NCBI GenBank assembly: GCA_964199315.1
Contig: OZ116710.1
Location: 7,440,001 to 7,504,000, forward strand
Direction: 5' to 3'
DNA: 64,000 nt
From: Orbicella franksi
Taxonomy: Eukaryota
The translations under genes were made by a program, and so were the position numbers. The notes beneath the pieces were generated by a model. The model saw only the letters and a list, made by a program, of their open reading frames with translations, was not told where the DNA came from and did no database searches. Shown here piece by piece: positions 62,086 to 64,000 of the stretch (position 1 is its first letter; every line of letters starts with the position of its first letter).

Positions 62086-64000
62086 CACTCCCCGTGTTTG
62101 ACATTAAATTTGCATTTACATTGACATTTTTTTACATTGCGCCCGCTGAGGTAAAACAACATTGTAGATGCACACTTAGCACAATCGTTGCTTTGGTAGG
62201 TCAAGGAACTCGAGTCATCGCAAAATCGCACTCAGATTTTACCATTTAGGGTTGTGGGAAGTCGTCTCTGCCAACCCGTCATTCCGCCCACCAAGACTCA
62301 AAGTGGACTGAAGCTTGCTTCAGCTATTGATGGTGCACGTGGGAGACTTACGTGAGCAGAACCGGTTAAGAGCAAAACTGATACGTGTATGCTAGCTAAA
62401 TGAATATTTACAACCTTCCTCTTTAACGATCAAATTTAATGATTTTGTTCATTGATAAGGTACATTGTGAGCAATCTCAGTTTCAGGAAGGTGTAAGGAA
62501 TTGTTCATGTGGTTGAAAATAAGGATGGCTCTTTACGTGACCCGGCTCACGGTAAAGTCACGTTTCAACTCGGGGGAAGCCGAGGTAACAAGAATCCGGC
62601 AGAAGTATCATTTAACGTCTATAAATAGCCTCCGTAGACCGCCTTCTCGTCAAATTTTGCTGCGGTTTCGCCTGGTACATATCGTCAGACTTCTGGATAA
62701 AGACTCTGGCGAACTGAACAAAGGTGATGATATTCGGCTGCTCATGTTACACACACATATAGATATCATTTGAAATTAATATCTTTCCTCGAATTCTGTT
62801 TTTCAGGTATTGGAACAGAACGAGAACTGTGCGAGACGATTCCCTTAATAACAACAAAGGTATGTAAATTAAATCCTGAATCTTTACCAGAGAGCTTAAG
62901 CACGTCGCCAAACAAAAGGTTTAATGAGCAGAACAATAGCTATGCACGTGTGTTATAAGTCTTTGTACATTTCTTAGCCGTCCTCTGCAAAACAACACCG
63001 TAAAATGACTAACTGTGTATTTTGGACAATGCGAACGACGGCGGCTAATTTTTCGTATTTCATTTGGAATTGAACGCTGGCGTTACATGTTCAGCTTGAG
63101 CAAGTTCTGAGACCAGAAGGCGCACTGAACAGATCTAGACAATTGTGAAATTCGAGGGTAAAATATGAATTTGTTTTTTGGTATTTTCATTTGAAATTGA
63201 ACGCTGGTGCTACATATTTAGCTTGAGCAAGTTCTGAGACCAATAGGCGCACTGAACAGATTTAGACAATTGCGAAATTCGAAGATAAAATATAAATTCA
63301 TTTTGTCCTAGGCGGTGTCCTCGGGGTCGTCGTCGTCATTGCTTAAGGTCTCTACTGACTGAAGAAAGCATGCATGTTGTTTATAGAAGATAAGCGTCAA
63401 ATTCTCATTTCAACTGGATTCTCCGAAAACGAATTCTTAAGGTTCGGAGGCATAAATTGATATCACTCGTAACTATAGTGCGAATGAAAAGAAATGCTCT
63501 ATTGAACGGTGTGTACATTTTAATATTGAGAAGGCGAAAGTTTATCTATAGTTTCAAAATTGCCGACCATCCCCCACCTCTATTTACTTCAACAAAGATG
63601 GGAATTAGTAGCCTTTTGTTTGTCTGCTAGATGAAATACTGTTTACCGTTTCTTTACATTTGGTAGAACTGTTCATGCATTTAGATTGACTAAAATATTA
63701 AGAACATACCTAGCCCCCTTCTTAAATTCGAATTCTCCTCTCTATTCTTTCTGTGAAGCCGAAATGGCCGACATTTGTCTGTCGAAATATTTTGGGTTTT
63801 TTTAAATTTTTTGTTCGAAGTGGCTACATCTCTTGAAGCATTTGACTGAATCTCAAAGCTGACAGTCTTTAAAAAGTTTCACAAATTTTGAAGGGAAATT
63901 TTTCTTTCAACTTCTTCGAGAGTATCTAAGTATTCTAGTTTGGTCTTCTAGTTGAGGATTTTCCCGAGTTAATGTTAGCATACTATAAAATCCCCATGTT

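Larger units (their letters stand above)
53480..64000. repeat. Large inverted repeat: left arm ~53480-57350, spacer ~2.9 kb, right arm ~60240 to the window end
   Basis: 57275-57305 (GACCTCTTGCAACTCTTGCAAGGTCTG) mirrors 60290-60315. 53540-53570 (CCCTTCAAAATTTGTGAAAC) mirrors 63870-63895. The intervening blocks are collinear in reverse. Confidence 0.9.

Noticed and set aside
53480-64000. A single giant fold-back transposon with multi-kb TIRs
   Set aside because: The arms match the single direct copy upstream of gene A and contain independent nested repeats, and there is no transposase in the spacer. An inverted segmental duplication is simpler.

Overview
AT-rich eukaryotic genomic DNA with GT-AG introns. 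The repeat families suggest a cnidarian, probably a stony coral (inference). The main content is a tandem segmental duplication (unit A ~17.1-33.1 kb, unit B ~34.9-57.35 kb). Each unit carries a minus-strand 8-exon gene for a secreted protein: a signal peptide followed by six ~105-aa, 4-cysteine, WSC-like modules, one per phase-1/phase-1 exon. Copy A is intact (664 aa); copy B has a 1-nt frameshift in exon 4. The upstream region recurs a third time, inverted, at 60.2-64 kb, which predicts a third head-to-head paralog just beyond the window. Unit B contains a full-length RTE-clade LINE (35414-~39377). Its ORF is broken only by a TA-flanked MITE, and its 5' end folds into an HDV-like self-cleaving ribozyme. 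A Penelope-like fragment with a minimal hammerhead ribozyme lies next to it. The rest is non-coding and repeat-dense: a ~3.1-kb tandem triplication, a 37-bp minisatellite, tRNA- and 5S-derived SINE-like elements, many MITEs, a decayed THAP gene and LINE 3' fragments. Coordinates marked ~ are approximate; all analysis was by eye, with no database searches.
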